Shown here piece after piece: positions 46,428-56,666 of a stretch of DNA of 64,000 bases. The notes under the pieces were generated by a model. That model saw nothing but the letters and a program-made list of their open reading frames with translations. It was not told the origin of the DNA and ran no database searches. The position numbers and the translations under genes are program-made. Position 1 is the first letter of the stretch; every line of letters begins with the position of its first letter. This DNA comes from a virus, in the IMG/VR virus record IMGVR_UViG_3300029267_002158, positions 1 to 64,000 of that record. One strand, given 5' to 3'.

Positions 46428-47649
46428 CTTTTATTCTCTAGACGAGGCGTACTCGTTATGCGGCGTCGTGTCGGAGCAATTATCAATGCTTCGAGAGTAC
46501 AATCCCATTCTCATTGTGGACGAGGCATTCCCCAAAAGCGGAACCCCGTGGCATGAATTTAAAATGCAAAAAATTCCCGGTATACCTAGGAGTAATTCGT
46601 TCAAGCCGCCCGTAGAAAAGGACGTGGAACGGATGCGCGCCGCGATGAGCGACATACTAAAAAGTGGCGTTGTTATAACCCACGATATGATATACCAGCC
46701 CAGTATGGTCGGACACCACGCCGCCGCCAGAAAGGTGGCGGCGGAAAACCCCAATTTGAGATGGCTGCACTGGATTCATTCCGCTACTCCGTGCTTTGCC
46801 AGGCAACACTCTCAATATTTCAAGGGAGTGTTTCCGAACTCAAAGATTGTGTTTCCCAATGAATACGATCAGTCAAGGGTGGCGGCAAACTACAATGTTC
46901 CAGAAAGCGATGTTGTCTTTGTACCTCATTCTACAGACCCGGTAGAGTTTCTAATGCAGCACGAGTTATCAAAGCAACTGGCAAGAGAAATTAATTTGCT
47001 GGAGGCTGATGTCATAGGGTGCTACCCCGCTAGACTGGACAGGGGAAAGCAAGTTGAAATTGGTATAGAGATTTTTGCTGGCATAAAGAATACCGGTAAG
47101 TCGGTGCGGTATATCATATTTGACTTTCATTCAACAGGCGGAGACAAAGTAAGCTATCGAAGAAGTCTTGAAAGCAAGTGCGCCGAGCTTGGCTTGGCGG
47201 TTGGTCGCGAGGTCGTGTTCGTTTCAGAATGGCGCAAAGAGACAAAGTATTCGTCCCCCAGACAAATGGTCAAGGATTTTATGACGGTAGGGGATCTATT
47301 GATCCTCCCTAGTCGCTCAGAGACTTATTCTTTAGTCGCGCAAGAAGCGGCCTTGTGCAAGAACTTATTGGTGTTGAACTTTGATTTTCCTCCTATGCGG
47401 TCGATATATGGACGCGACGCTTTGTATGAAAAGTTTTCATCGGACATAGACGCTCTATCAGGAGCGAATGGTAGAACGGAAACAAAATACGAAAATCGAC
47501 AAGACTACATGAACAGGGTAGCGCTGCGAGCAGTGAGTTATCTCGAAGAATCAATGACGCTTCGACAATTCAGGCTTTTAAGAAAGACGCGCAACCCGAA
47601 AGCTGTGTTGAGAGATTACTTGGAGCCGCTCATCTGGAGGGGATCATGA
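46405..47649 (+). CDS. Glycosyltransferase, GT-B (GT4-like)
   Basis: YPARLDRGKQ, LPSRSETYSLVAQEAAL. Confidence 0.85.
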   Translation: MEIYILTDFYSLDEAYSLCGVVSEQLSMLREYNPILIVDEAFPKSGTPWHEFKMQKIPGIPRSNSFKPPVEKDVERMRAAMSDILKSGVVITHDMIYQPSMVGHHAAARKVAAENPNLRWLHWIHSATPCFARQHSQYFKGVFPNSKIVFPNEYDQSRVAANYNVPESDVVFVPHSTDPVEFLMQHELSKQLAREINLLEADVIGCYPARLDRGKQVEIGIEIFAGIKNTGKSVRYIIFDFHSTGGDKVSYRRSLESKCAELGLAVGREVVFVSEWRKETKYSSPRQMVKDFMTVGDLLILPSRSETYSLVAQEAALCKNLLVLNFDFPPMRSIYGRDALYEKFSSDIDALSGANGRTETKYENRQDYMNRVALRAVSYLEESMTLRQFRLLRKTRNPKAVLRDYLEPLIWRGS

Positions 47650-48362
47650 CAAAGTTCTCAATAATCATACCTGTGAGAAACAGACTGGGTGAGCTGTGCA
47701 GGGCACTAAAGAGCGTGGACTCCCAAACATTCCAGGATTTTGAATGCGTCGTGGTTGATGATGAATCAAGATTACCGATAGGGCCGGTTGTCTTTCAGAA
47801 TTACGGGCCGTGGTTCACCGGTATTCGCCTTGACGATCGCAGCGAGCGCGTCGTGGCGTGGACAAAAGGTATTGAGGCGACCAGTGGAGAGTGGCTTTGC
47901 CGACTGGACAGCGACGATGAGTTTGCGTCGCATTATCTAGAGGCAGTCAACGGCGCTATCTTACAACACCCTGAAGCAAGGTGCTTTAACTTCGGGGCAG
48001 TTATCCATCACCGAAAACGATCCGACAACGGCCCTGTGTACACTAGAACAAGTATCAGGCCGACGTTCAGGCCGAAGTGGCTCGGTGATAAGCACGTGGA
48101 GTTCAAAAGCGGGAAAATAGGAACGGGACACTTTGTGTTCCATCGAAGCGTGCTCGATGAAATAGAGTGGTTGCCACAAGTCAGGAGCCCGTACAAATTT
48201 CATGAGATGGCAACAGATGTGCATCACCTGTACCCGTTCCCAGGGACTACTTTGGGGAATCCTTGGGGTGATGACTATCTCGCATTCTACCGCATCACAA
48301 GAAAGTTTCAATCAATCCCTATCGAGCCGGCGCTGTATATTCAACACACGAGGACAGGATGA
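47646..48362 (+). CDS. Glycosyltransferase, GT-A (GT2)
   Basis: FSIIIPVRNR, VVVDDES, LDSDD, WGDD. Confidence 0.9.
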   Translation: MTKFSIIIPVRNRLGELCRALKSVDSQTFQDFECVVVDDESRLPIGPVVFQNYGPWFTGIRLDDRSERVVAWTKGIEATSGEWLCRLDSDDEFASHYLEAVNGAILQHPEARCFNFGAVIHHRKRSDNGPVYTRTSIRPTFRPKWLGDKHVEFKSGKIGTGHFVFHRSVLDEIEWLPQVRSPYKFHEMATDVHHLYPFPGTTLGNPWGDDYLAFYRITRKFQSIPIEPALYIQHTRTG

Positions 48363-49078
48363 TAGATATTTGCATTGTTACATTCAATAGACTTAACTTT
48401 TCAACCGAGTGCATAGAAAAGATTGCTCTCAGGACAAGAACGCCGCACCGTATTATCGTTGTAGACAACGGCTCGACGGACGGAACGGCTGAGTGGATAG
48501 CAGACACAGGGATCATTGATAAGAAAATCTTGCTCAGAGAGAACAAGGGCATACACTACGCCTGGAACCTTGCTTTGCTGCATGTCAAGTCAGATTACTT
48601 TGTCTGCTGTGACAACGACATACTTTGCCCTGATTTGCGACCGGTTGATTGGCTAGGCCAGCTATGGGACTTGATTGAGAATTATCCTCAATACGCTGCT
48701 ATATCAGCGAGGCCACAAGTGCTTGTTGGGGAACCTGGTGATATGTTCGATGTTGATAAACCAATTGTTGACAGACCGCACGTCGGCGCATCTTTGAGGA
48801 TTATGCGCGCCGACGCTGTCCGTAGGGCTGGTGGGTGGGAGAAGACCACCAGGCCAGAGAGGAATCACGAAGAGAGGTGGATTTGCTCCCGGCTGAAGAA
48901 ATTGAATTTCTCGGTTGGTTACGCAAAAGATATTCGCTGCTGGCATTTGTTCGGAGATAGCAATTGGGGGTACAAGAACGTACCTCACGGCCACAGGGAT
49001 GTTTGGCCGCCGGTCGAAGTGTGGGATTCTGAGAATTTCAGAGCAAAATTCGACCCGATGACATTCGAGGAGATGTGA
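48359..49078 (+). CDS. Glycosyltransferase, GT-A (GT2)
   Basis: ICIVTFNR, VVDNGSTDGT, CDND. Confidence 0.9.
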   Translation: MIDICIVTFNRLNFSTECIEKIALRTRTPHRIIVVDNGSTDGTAEWIADTGIIDKKILLRENKGIHYAWNLALLHVKSDYFVCCDNDILCPDLRPVDWLGQLWDLIENYPQYAAISARPQVLVGEPGDMFDVDKPIVDRPHVGASLRIMRADAVRRAGGWEKTTRPERNHEERWICSRLKKLNFSVGYAKDIRCWHLFGDSNWGYKNVPHGHRDVWPPVEVWDSENFRAKFDPMTFEEM

Positions 49079-49761
49079 TAATGGACATGTCATTTTTGGT
49101 TACAGGGCACGGACGTTCAGGAACAAAGTGGTTATCTAGGTTGCTGAACCAAGATCCAAGTGTTTCTGTGCATCACGAGCCGCTGGCGCAGGCTGACAGG
49201 GCTGCCTATGCCAAGATATATTACGGCAAAATGCGTGCTGACGAGTACCTTATGGCGCGCAAAATTGGAATGACAACCATTTGGAACAGAGCTAGCAGCA
49301 AGGGATTCGCAGAGGTAAACTCATACATGCGCTATTGCGCTAATGAATACAGACTTGTCTTTAATGTCCCTGTGGCCGCCATCGTCAGGGACGGACGATG
49401 TGTTGTAAGATCTATGATGGCGCGTGGGGTGTATCAAAAGCCAGGCTATCCTGAGATACTTGGGCACGGTATGACCCCATTCGAGAAATGCTGCTGGTAT
49501 TGGGCCGATACATATAGGCGTTTATCCAACATAGAGACTTTTCGCCTTGAGGATCTGAATAGTAATTACGATGAGTTTTGCCGATTGTGCTACATGCTCG
49601 ATGTAAAAGTCAGTGCTCGCGTGTGGGAAAAGCACAGACGCACCCTTGTTAATGCAGATGTAGGATTGAGGACACCGCCATACTGGGGGAGGAAGCAGAA
49701 ACTTGCCTTCGACGACGTTGCCGGAGACATATACTATAAATTCTACGGAGGAATATTGTGA
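49075..49761 (+). CDS. PAPS-dependent sulfotransferase
   Basis: FLVTGHGRSGTKWL, HEP, IVRDGR.VVRS, RLEDL. Confidence 0.85.
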   Translation: MIMDMSFLVTGHGRSGTKWLSRLLNQDPSVSVHHEPLAQADRAAYAKIYYGKMRADEYLMARKIGMTTIWNRASSKGFAEVNSYMRYCANEYRLVFNVPVAAIVRDGRCVVRSMMARGVYQKPGYPEILGHGMTPFEKCCWYWADTYRRLSNIETFRLEDLNSNYDEFCRLCYMLDVKVSARVWEKHRRTLVNADVGLRTPPYWGRKQKLAFDDVAGDIYYKFYGGIL

Positions 49762-50003
49762 GTGATAGTGATATGATGGACAAATTACTTCGCGGATGGA
49801 TAAGGACCGCGAGACTTAACATTGCAATGCTAGATGTGGTGAGATCTAATGCAATAGACCTTGTAACCGTGCTGGAAGGCAGAGACATCTTTAAGAATGT
49901 TGATGGATACCCAGGGGAGCTTGACGATCAAGTGAGCGGGATAATCTCAAGTTTAAAAGCTATAGTTCTGGAAACGAGTAAGATCATGGTTAAGCTGAAA
50001 TGA
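49758..50003 (+). CDS. Hypothetical protein
   Basis: GGAGG SD, overlaps both neighbours. Confidence 0.65.
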   Translation: MSDSDMMDKLLRGWIRTARLNIAMLDVVRSNAIDLVTVLEGRDIFKNVDGYPGELDDQVSGIISSLKAIVLETSKIMVKLK

Positions 50004-50917
50004 GAATAGCTATAACAGATACGAACCAGGGAAAATTCACAAGAGATATGATGAGGCATTGGCAGTCGCAGGGCCATCACGTAAAACTCTTTGGCACTTG
50101 CCGGCGACCGCATATGGAGTGGGCCGACGTGCTCTGGTTCGACTGCGTGGATGGCAATCTTGTAGCCGCCACAAAAAAAGCCCCTGAGTTAACCGAAGGC
50201 AAGTTTGTTATTGCCAGGGCTATTGATATTGATGTGTGGGCCTGTCATTTCAATGCTGTTAATTGGTCAAGGGTAAACCATATTATATTCATTGCGAAGC
50301 ACATCAAGGATTACATGCTCGAAGAGAAGAACATGCGCCACAAGGTGCATTGCCCTGTTCATCTCATACCGTGCGGGGTCGATACGAATAGATTTACTAT
50401 GCGAAGAAACCCCGTGAGAAACAATAATGTCGCTGTAGTGATGAGGTTGTGGCACGGGAAGGGCATAGCCTTGCTGTTACAGCTTATTGCCGATATGCCA
50501 GATTATCATTTCCATATTTGTGGGAAATGGGGGATGTCCGGCATAGAGAAAGGGTGGTTCAAACACTATATCGACGACTACCTGAGCCGGCACGACAACT
50601 GGACACATGTCGCTCAGGTCGATGATATGAATGAGTGGCTGGAGGATAAGGCGTACGCCCTCATTCCGTCGATGAAGGAAGCTTTTAGCTATGCAGCCGC
50701 CGAGGCGATGGCTAAGGGGATCAAGCCCGCCATCCATAATTTCTACGGCGCTAGCACTCTGTGGCCGGAGGAGTACAGGTGGTCCACAATCGGACAAGTG
50801 AGAGAAATATTCAGTGAGGAGTACAAGCCTGAAAGATACAGAGGGTATATCGAGGGGGCCTACCCCTTATCAAAAATGATGAACGCATTTGACAAAATTC
50901 TGGAGGAGGCATCTTGA
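50000..50917 (+). CDS. Glycosyltransferase, GT-B (GT4-like)
   Basis: IPCGVD, KG, SMKEAFSYAAAEAMAKGIKP. Confidence 0.85.
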   Translation: MRIAITDTNQGKFTRDMMRHWQSQGHHVKLFGTCRRPHMEWADVLWFDCVDGNLVAATKKAPELTEGKFVIARAIDIDVWACHFNAVNWSRVNHIIFIAKHIKDYMLEEKNMRHKVHCPVHLIPCGVDTNRFTMRRNPVRNNNVAVVMRLWHGKGIALLLQLIADMPDYHFHICGKWGMSGIEKGWFKHYIDDYLSRHDNWTHVAQVDDMNEWLEDKAYALIPSMKEAFSYAAAEAMAKGIKPAIHNFYGASTLWPEEYRWSTIGQVREIFSEEYKPERYRGYIEGAYPLSKMMNAFDKILEEAS

Positions 50918-51723
50918 ATACCATTGTTTTTCCGGTTGTCCGCACAGACTTGATTAAACATGCTCTTGGGTCATTTTGGCAACACAATGACAGAGAGCTG
51001 CACAGGGTTATCGTCATCGATCAGTCCAGAACTGGACTTGACGACCTGGTTAACGCCGGCTTGGCGCACGCCCACCTTCGAGTACACAGGAATCTAGGAT
51101 TTGCCGGCGCATCCAATAGAGGGATACGCCTTGCTGACACCAGATACGTTACCGTGTCAAATGACGACGTGATCTGGTTTGATCCTCGGTGGTGGGAAGG
51201 TGTAATGAAAATATTTAACCGTGATGAGAAAATGGTCGCGGTTAACCCCTCTTGCCCCAAGCTGCCAGGATGGAGCTTCGGAGACAAGGTTGATAGGTAC
51301 ATCGCTGGTGCCGATTCTCCAGAGAAATGCGACTGGGATACGCTGAAGAAGGAGACCCCATTGCGCGGCCTCGTGCACGGAATCTGTATGTGGTGTACGA
51401 CGTTTGATATGAGTAGGCTCAGCGACATTGGCGTCATTGGTGATAGGGGGCACTTGTTCGACGAGCGGTTCTACCCCGGAGGATCTGAGGATTACGATCT
51501 GAACGCCAGGATATTCAGGGCCGGCGGGCTGGCGGTAGGAACTCATGAGAGCTGGTTGTGGCATTATTGGGGGAAATCAAAGGATGAAAAGGGGCATGAT
51601 GGCATGGCTCCGATAGCGGAGAAGCCAGCGTGGAACAGAATGGGTGATTTGTGGGAAAAGGGATTCACTGTGCAAGGTGGGTCCGCCAGAAAGACAGATG
51701 AGGTCTACACAGATTCTCTCTAG
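50914..51723 (+). CDS. Glycosyltransferase, GT-A (GT2)
   Basis: NLGFAGASNRGI, SNDDV, FDERFYPGGSEDYD. Confidence 0.9.
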   Translation: MNTIVFPVVRTDLIKHALGSFWQHNDRELHRVIVIDQSRTGLDDLVNAGLAHAHLRVHRNLGFAGASNRGIRLADTRYVTVSNDDVIWFDPRWWEGVMKIFNRDEKMVAVNPSCPKLPGWSFGDKVDRYIAGADSPEKCDWDTLKKETPLRGLVHGICMWCTTFDMSRLSDIGVIGDRGHLFDERFYPGGSEDYDLNARIFRAGGLAVGTHESWLWHYWGKSKDEKGHDGMAPIAEKPAWNRMGDLWEKGFTVQGGSARKTDEVYTDSL

Positions 51724-51733
51724 GTGGTGAATT

Positions 51734-54700
51734 ATGGCCGAAGTCTTTAACATTACGCATGATGCAGGAAACTTAAACGAATATGATTCGTTGCAAACCG
51801 GTGACGATCTCGCAGCGACAGAGGCAGCAGCACTTGGGAATACGAGCTATGGGCTTGCTGTAACCATAGACTCCACGACAAGCAGATGGGGAGCGATAGG
51901 CTTTGCAGAGCTATCTAATGGCGGCTATCGCTATAGATTCTATGTTGATCCAAACGGCCTGACGATGGACGGCGGCGACGAGTTTCGCCTCTTTGAGGTA
52001 AACGATGGCGGCCAAATTCGCCAATTCGTAGATATGGAATACTCCAGCAGCGCTTACCATATTCGCGCCCAGATAAGAGATGACGGCGGTAGTTGGTATT
52101 CAACAAGTAGCTCAACAACAATCACTGACGCAGAGCACTACATCGAGGTATGTGTCGAGTATGCTGCAACTAGCAGTTCAGAGGACGGTATTCTCACGCT
52201 GTGGATCGACGGTGTCCAGGAAGACACCATCGAGGATCTTGATTTGCACAGCCTTGGCGAACCAGACGGTGCAAGAGTTGGTGCTACAAATGGCCTTGAA
52301 TCCGGCACGTCTGGAACCCTGTATCTCGACGAGATTGTTTTGCGTGATGACGATACCGAGATAGGCCCTGTTACCAGCGCCTCCACCTCAACCTCGACTA
52401 CTACATCAACCACCACTACAACCACCACATCAACGTCAACCTCGACAACCTCCACTAGTACAAGTACCACAACCACATCAACGTCAACATCAACTACAAC
52501 AACTCTTTGGACAGATGTTGACGTTGACCACGAAAGCTGCGCCTTCAACGAGTATGACAGGCTTGTAAACAGCAGCGATCTCGCAATAACACAAGCCGCA
52601 GGGCTCGCTGACACAAACTGCGGTTTGGCAGTAACTATTGATTCAACATCACCAGCGTATGGCGAGATTGATCTCGGTGTCTTATCGGACCATACTTACA
52701 GCTTCAGATTCTATGTTGATCCAAACGGCCTGACGATGGACGGCGGCGACGAGTTCAGGCTTGTTGAGATGGTAGATAGTGTAGTTGGTGTACTCTCCTT
52801 TGTGGACATAGAGTATTCTAGTAGCGCTTACCATATTCGCGCCCAAGCAAGGGACAAAAATGGAGATTGGTCTTCGTCTGGCAATTACACAATAGATGAT
52901 GACGAGCACTGCATAGAAGTTAATGCGCTTACTGACATTGCCGGCGAAACTCATAGCGCAACTTTCACTTTAAGGATAGACGGTGAGCAGAAAACCAGCG
53001 TAGGCTCCCTTGATGTTACTGGCCTGAGCGTACCAGACTCGATCCGTATTGGAGCCACAGCAGGTATTGAATCCGGCACATCAGGTACATTTTATCTTGA
53101 CGAGCTTATAGCCACAGACTCGTCGAGTGAAATCGGGACGAAGCTCGGTCCGTACTTTATGCAGCCCAATGGAGACAGAACGTCCAACTGGTCAGCCGGC
53201 GGCTCCGGCTCAGGGCACTGGGATAGAGTTGCAAAAGACAGGCAAGCCAGCGATGTGCCTGACAAAACGAGCTATATCTACACAAGCAGCGAATCGCCTA
53301 TAATAGACAGTTTCACTATGACCAACGTTGACATCGCGGGCGGCAATGCTGAAGATATAGCGGTGTGGTTATATTGCGAGGTTGAGAACGTAGGAAGCTC
53401 AGCGTATGTCGATGTAAGTCTCTGGAATAGCGACGAGACAGCCCAATATGGTGCTACAAAACAGATAACTCCAATTTCTACCCCGTCATGGCCGTCGGTA
53501 AAATTCGAGAATAGAAATCTCTCGCAAGCACAAATGAACGATCTTGTGGTGAGAATTTCATACGTCAACGATCCTGATCCACCAGAGGAAATAAAGGTCT
53601 ATGCGCTTTACGCTGAGGTAACTAGACTCTCTGGCACTACCTCGACAAGCACAAGTACTACAAGTACGACGTCCACCTCGACCTCCACAACCTCGACATC
53701 GACATCGACAAGTACTACGTCAACAAGTACTTCAAGCACAACCTCGACATCGACATCGACATCGACATCGACTACTTCAACAAGCACCAGTACTAGCACC
53801 AGTACCAGCACGACCTCGACCTCGACAAGTACAACTTCCACAAGTACATCGACAACCTCAACCACCTCCTCTACTTCAACGGGTACGACTACGACGCTTG
53901 CTTGCGACACGTGGTCGTGTGACGCGGTTGTTGGAGATCATGGATCGAGCGATAACATTGGTGATATGCTCATCTTGCAACGTGTCCGTGCCCTTGCCAG
54001 CGGACACGTGACTAGCGTAAGGTTCTACGCCAATTCTGTTACAATGGACGCGAACGTTCACGCAGCTTTGTACACAGATAATAGTGGCCTGCCAGACAGC
54101 AGACTAGCTAACGGCGAGGCGACTGTTACCTCGACCGGTCACTTTAGTGTTAACTTGACGGTTAATCCTGCCGTTTCCGCAGGCAGCTATTACTGGATCG
54201 CAATTTTCTACCTGCAAGGCACGGGACTTACTGTCACTGTTGATGACACAGCGCCATACGTGGCCGACGAAGCAAGGTATACTGATTATGTTAGTGTGTC
54301 ATATCCGTTCCCGTCAAAGATCACAGAGAGTTACGAGGCAAGCGAGTGTGTATATACCTGCATGTACATTGCTTGCAGCGCGACAACTACTTCCACCTCG
54401 ACCACGACAAGCACCACTACTTCCACCTCGACCACCAGTACCAGTACCAGTACGACCTCAACCAGTACCAGTACCTCTACCTCGACAACCTTAACAAGTA
54501 CATCGACTAGTACAACATCGACTAGTACCAGTACCTCTACAACATCGACAAGTACAAGTACCTCGACCTCTACCTCGACAACCTTAACAAGTACAAGCAC
54601 ATCTACCTCCACCTCCACCTCCACCACGACGACTGCGACCTCCACTTCTACCTCGACAACAACACTGGCCTTCTCTACTTACAGGAAGCGCAAGCCTGTC

Positions 54701-56248
54701 AAGCCGCATATCGAGATCAAGACTGGCGAGAGAGTATATCGGCCAAAGGCGACCGCTATGAAATGGGGAGCGGTGTACTCTCCGTCCGGCAGCGGCTTTG
54801 GCTATTTGTCCTTCACCGTGCTTCGTGACGCGGGAAAAGACTACCCGGATATTGGGTACGGAATGGAAGTTACATTAAGAAAAGGACTGACGAAGATCCT
54901 GTTTCACGGCGTCATCACAAAGATTCAAGAAGAGAGAGGTGACGCCAGCAAAATCTCTGTTGGCTGTACGGGGTGGAAGGTGGTGTTTGAAAACGACCGA
55001 CTTAACAGAATATATACTGATTCAAGAACGGAAAGCGGGGCGTGGATCGTGGATGAGGAGCCAAGTGGATTGTTTCAGCCAAGCAAGTTCGACATCCGCC
55101 TTGGTTCAGAGATAGAGGTGCGCCCAAGGGAGCGGATCGACTTCACCGCCGATGAATATAGCGAGGCGGTGTACTCTATGCCTAGTGGGCAAAATGTAAA
55201 ATGGGTCGAGTTCTCTTGGGCGACTGTATTCCCTAGCGGGTACCCATTCAAATTCGAGATCCTGAGCAATGACAATACTTTGTTGACAACCACGACAACC
55301 GGCGAGCAATCCGGCAGTTCCAGGGCCGTTATCTCTGGTGACGCAACCACTGTGTCAATCCGCCTTACCATCACAGACGCGGGAGAGAGCACGGCTGCGG
55401 ATGATGCTGCATATGCCAAGATCACGGCTGTCTCAATATCAGCCAAGGACACGTACCCTGTTGATATGGCGGTGGTGTTAAAGGACATTGTGGACTATCT
55501 TTATGACGCAGGGCACGGAATTTCTAACGATAAGACTAAGATAGAATCAACAAACCGCACCTTACATCCAGCATATTTCCTCTCTGACCAAACACCAAGG
55601 GAGATTCTGGAATGGTGCGCCAACAGAGGGAATAGTAACGGCAAGCCTGTGTGTTGGGGAATGGAGCTGAATGATAGGAGGAGGGTCTTTCTAAAAGAGC
55701 AAGACCTGGAGACCGTTGGTTATTACTTGCCACACGACGAGGCAAAAACAAACGTGACTGGCGACGCACAAAACTCTCATCAAAAACTGTATGCCACGTA
55801 CAAGGGGATTGACGGAGAGGAATATCGCACAGCCGATACCACTGATCAGGATACCATAGACGATATGAATGGTTATTTCAGAAGGGACGTGATGGGACTT
55901 GACGGGGAAATGAGTAGTGGCCTGGCGAACTTCGCAGTGGCCTTGAATCTGTCAGAAAACAAGAAGCCCACGACCTCATCTAGTTGGGAGGTCAAGGGCT
56001 CCATTCTTAGCAACACGGGCAAGCGCGTCCCTTTTGACGAGATCCTGCCTGGCGTGATGGTAACAGATCGGAATTTCAAGTCCCGTGAAGCGATCTTGCA
56101 AGGAGGAGATGACTTTAGAGACAGGGCCACCACATTCTTTCTTATAGGAACGGAGATTGATTATGACTCAGGTGTCTGTCAGTTGATAAACGGGAGGGAC
56201 GACAAGACCCTAAGTCGATATATGATGGCTATTGCAGATATGCCCTAG
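51734..56248 (+). CDS. Tail protein: lectin-like beta domains separated by three Ser/Thr tracts, C-terminal baseplate hub-like region
   Basis: Duplicated LamG-like domain (H.IEV...LWIDG...YLDE), DUF4082-like domain, ~227 residues of S/T tracts, C-terminal GFGYLSF...LFHGVI...CTGW. Confidence 0.75.
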   Translation: MAEVFNITHDAGNLNEYDSLQTGDDLAATEAAALGNTSYGLAVTIDSTTSRWGAIGFAELSNGGYRYRFYVDPNGLTMDGGDEFRLFEVNDGGQIRQFVDMEYSSSAYHIRAQIRDDGGSWYSTSSSTTITDAEHYIEVCVEYAATSSSEDGILTLWIDGVQEDTIEDLDLHSLGEPDGARVGATNGLESGTSGTLYLDEIVLRDDDTEIGPVTSASTSTSTTTSTTTTTTTSTSTSTTSTSTSTTTTSTSTSTTTTLWTDVDVDHESCAFNEYDRLVNSSDLAITQAAGLADTNCGLAVTIDSTSPAYGEIDLGVLSDHTYSFRFYVDPNGLTMDGGDEFRLVEMVDSVVGVLSFVDIEYSSSAYHIRAQARDKNGDWSSSGNYTIDDDEHCIEVNALTDIAGETHSATFTLRIDGEQKTSVGSLDVTGLSVPDSIRIGATAGIESGTSGTFYLDELIATDSSSEIGTKLGPYFMQPNGDRTSNWSAGGSGSGHWDRVAKDRQASDVPDKTSYIYTSSESPIIDSFTMTNVDIAGGNAEDIAVWLYCEVENVGSSAYVDVSLWNSDETAQYGATKQITPISTPSWPSVKFENRNLSQAQMNDLVVRISYVNDPDPPEEIKVYALYAEVTRLSGTTSTSTSTTSTTSTSTSTTSTSTSTSTTSTSTSSTTSTSTSTSTSTTSTSTSTSTSTSTTSTSTSTTSTSTSTTSTTSSTSTGTTTTLACDTWSCDAVVGDHGSSDNIGDMLILQRVRALASGHVTSVRFYANSVTMDANVHAALYTDNSGLPDSRLANGEATVTSTGHFSVNLTVNPAVSAGSYYWIAIFYLQGTGLTVTVDDTAPYVADEARYTDYVSVSYPFPSKITESYEASECVYTCMYIACSATTTSTSTTTSTTTSTSTTSTSTSTTSTSTSTSTSTTLTSTSTSTTSTSTSTSTTSTSTSTSTSTSTTLTSTSTSTSTSTSTTTTATSTSTSTTTLAFSTYRKRKPVKPHIEIKTGERVYRPKATAMKWGAVYSPSGSGFGYLSFTVLRDAGKDYPDIGYGMEVTLRKGLTKILFHGVITKIQEERGDASKISVGCTGWKVVFENDRLNRIYTDSRTESGAWIVDEEPSGLFQPSKFDIRLGSEIEVRPRERIDFTADEYSEAVYSMPSGQNVKWVEFSWATVFPSGYPFKFEILSNDNTLLTTTTTGEQSGSSRAVISGDATTVSIRLTITDAGESTAADDAAYAKITAVSISAKDTYPVDMAVVLKDIVDYLYDAGHGISNDKTKIESTNRTLHPAYFLSDQTPREILEWCANRGNSNGKPVCWGMELNDRRRVFLKEQDLETVGYYLPHDEAKTNVTGDAQNSHQKLYATYKGIDGEEYRTADTTDQDTIDDMNGYFRRDVMGLDGEMSSGLANFAVALNLSENKKPTTSSSWEVKGSILSNTGKRVPFDEILPGVMVTDRNFKSREAILQGGDDFRDRATTFFLIGTEIDYDSGVCQLINGRDDKTLSRYMMAIADMP
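52373..52504 (+). repeat. Ser/Thr low-complexity tract 1 (44 codons)
   Basis: ACN/TCN/AGY codon run. Confidence 0.95.
53636..53896 (+). repeat. Ser/Thr low-complexity tract 2 (87 codons)
   Basis: ACN/TCN/AGY codon run. Confidence 0.95.
54377..54664 (+). repeat. Ser/Thr low-complexity tract 3 (96 codons)
   Basis: ACN/TCN/AGY codon run. Confidence 0.95.
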
Positions 56249-56652
56249 CGGGCGATTGTGAAAACCGCCTTGCCGCCTGGCAATATTGCCCACAAGATGC
56301 GCCCTACCAGGCGCATATGCGTGGACAAATAGGGGACGCCGCGATTTTTGGCACAATCTTCGCACAGGTACTCAGGGCCTAGGACGTCGTTAACAATGTA
56401 GGTAGCACACGACCCGCACTCGTCGCACGCCAAATTGTGCCATTCGCCCTCTCCCGTGTTATCTGACAGGTACAGGCACTCCTTGCACAACCGGAGACCC
56501 CTGGTTTCGTAATCTTCCGCCGGACCAATGGATGAATCTTGCCAGCTAAACGGTGCCCCGCAAAGCGTCTTTCTCAAATGCGGGGCACTGTTGTGATTTT
56601 CAGCGTGCGTAAGATGGTATACAAGAGAATTATTGAACAATACTCCCTTCAT
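56245..56652 (-). CDS. Cys-rich Zn-binding hypothetical protein
   Basis: TLCG, CKEC, CDEC, LCEDC; AGGAGG SD; stop overlaps the tail-gene stop (CTAG). Confidence 0.7.
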   Translation of the reverse strand: MKGVLFNNSLVYHLTHAENHNSAPHLRKTLCGAPFSWQDSSIGPAEDYETRGLRLCKECLYLSDNTGEGEWHNLACDECGSCATYIVNDVLGPEYLCEDCAKNRGVPYLSTHMRLVGRILWAILPGGKAVFTIAR

Positions 56653-56666
56653 GGTGCCTCCTTCTT

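Noticed and set aside
51935-52755. DGR template/variable repeat pair in the tail protein
   Set aside because: Both copies are coding parts of one ORF, differences are not adenine-specific, and no RT is present
52138-54645. Minus-strand Val/Glu/Asp-rich ORFs (52138..52614, 53608..53910, 54331..54645)
   Set aside because: Antisense shadows of the Ser/Thr codon tracts
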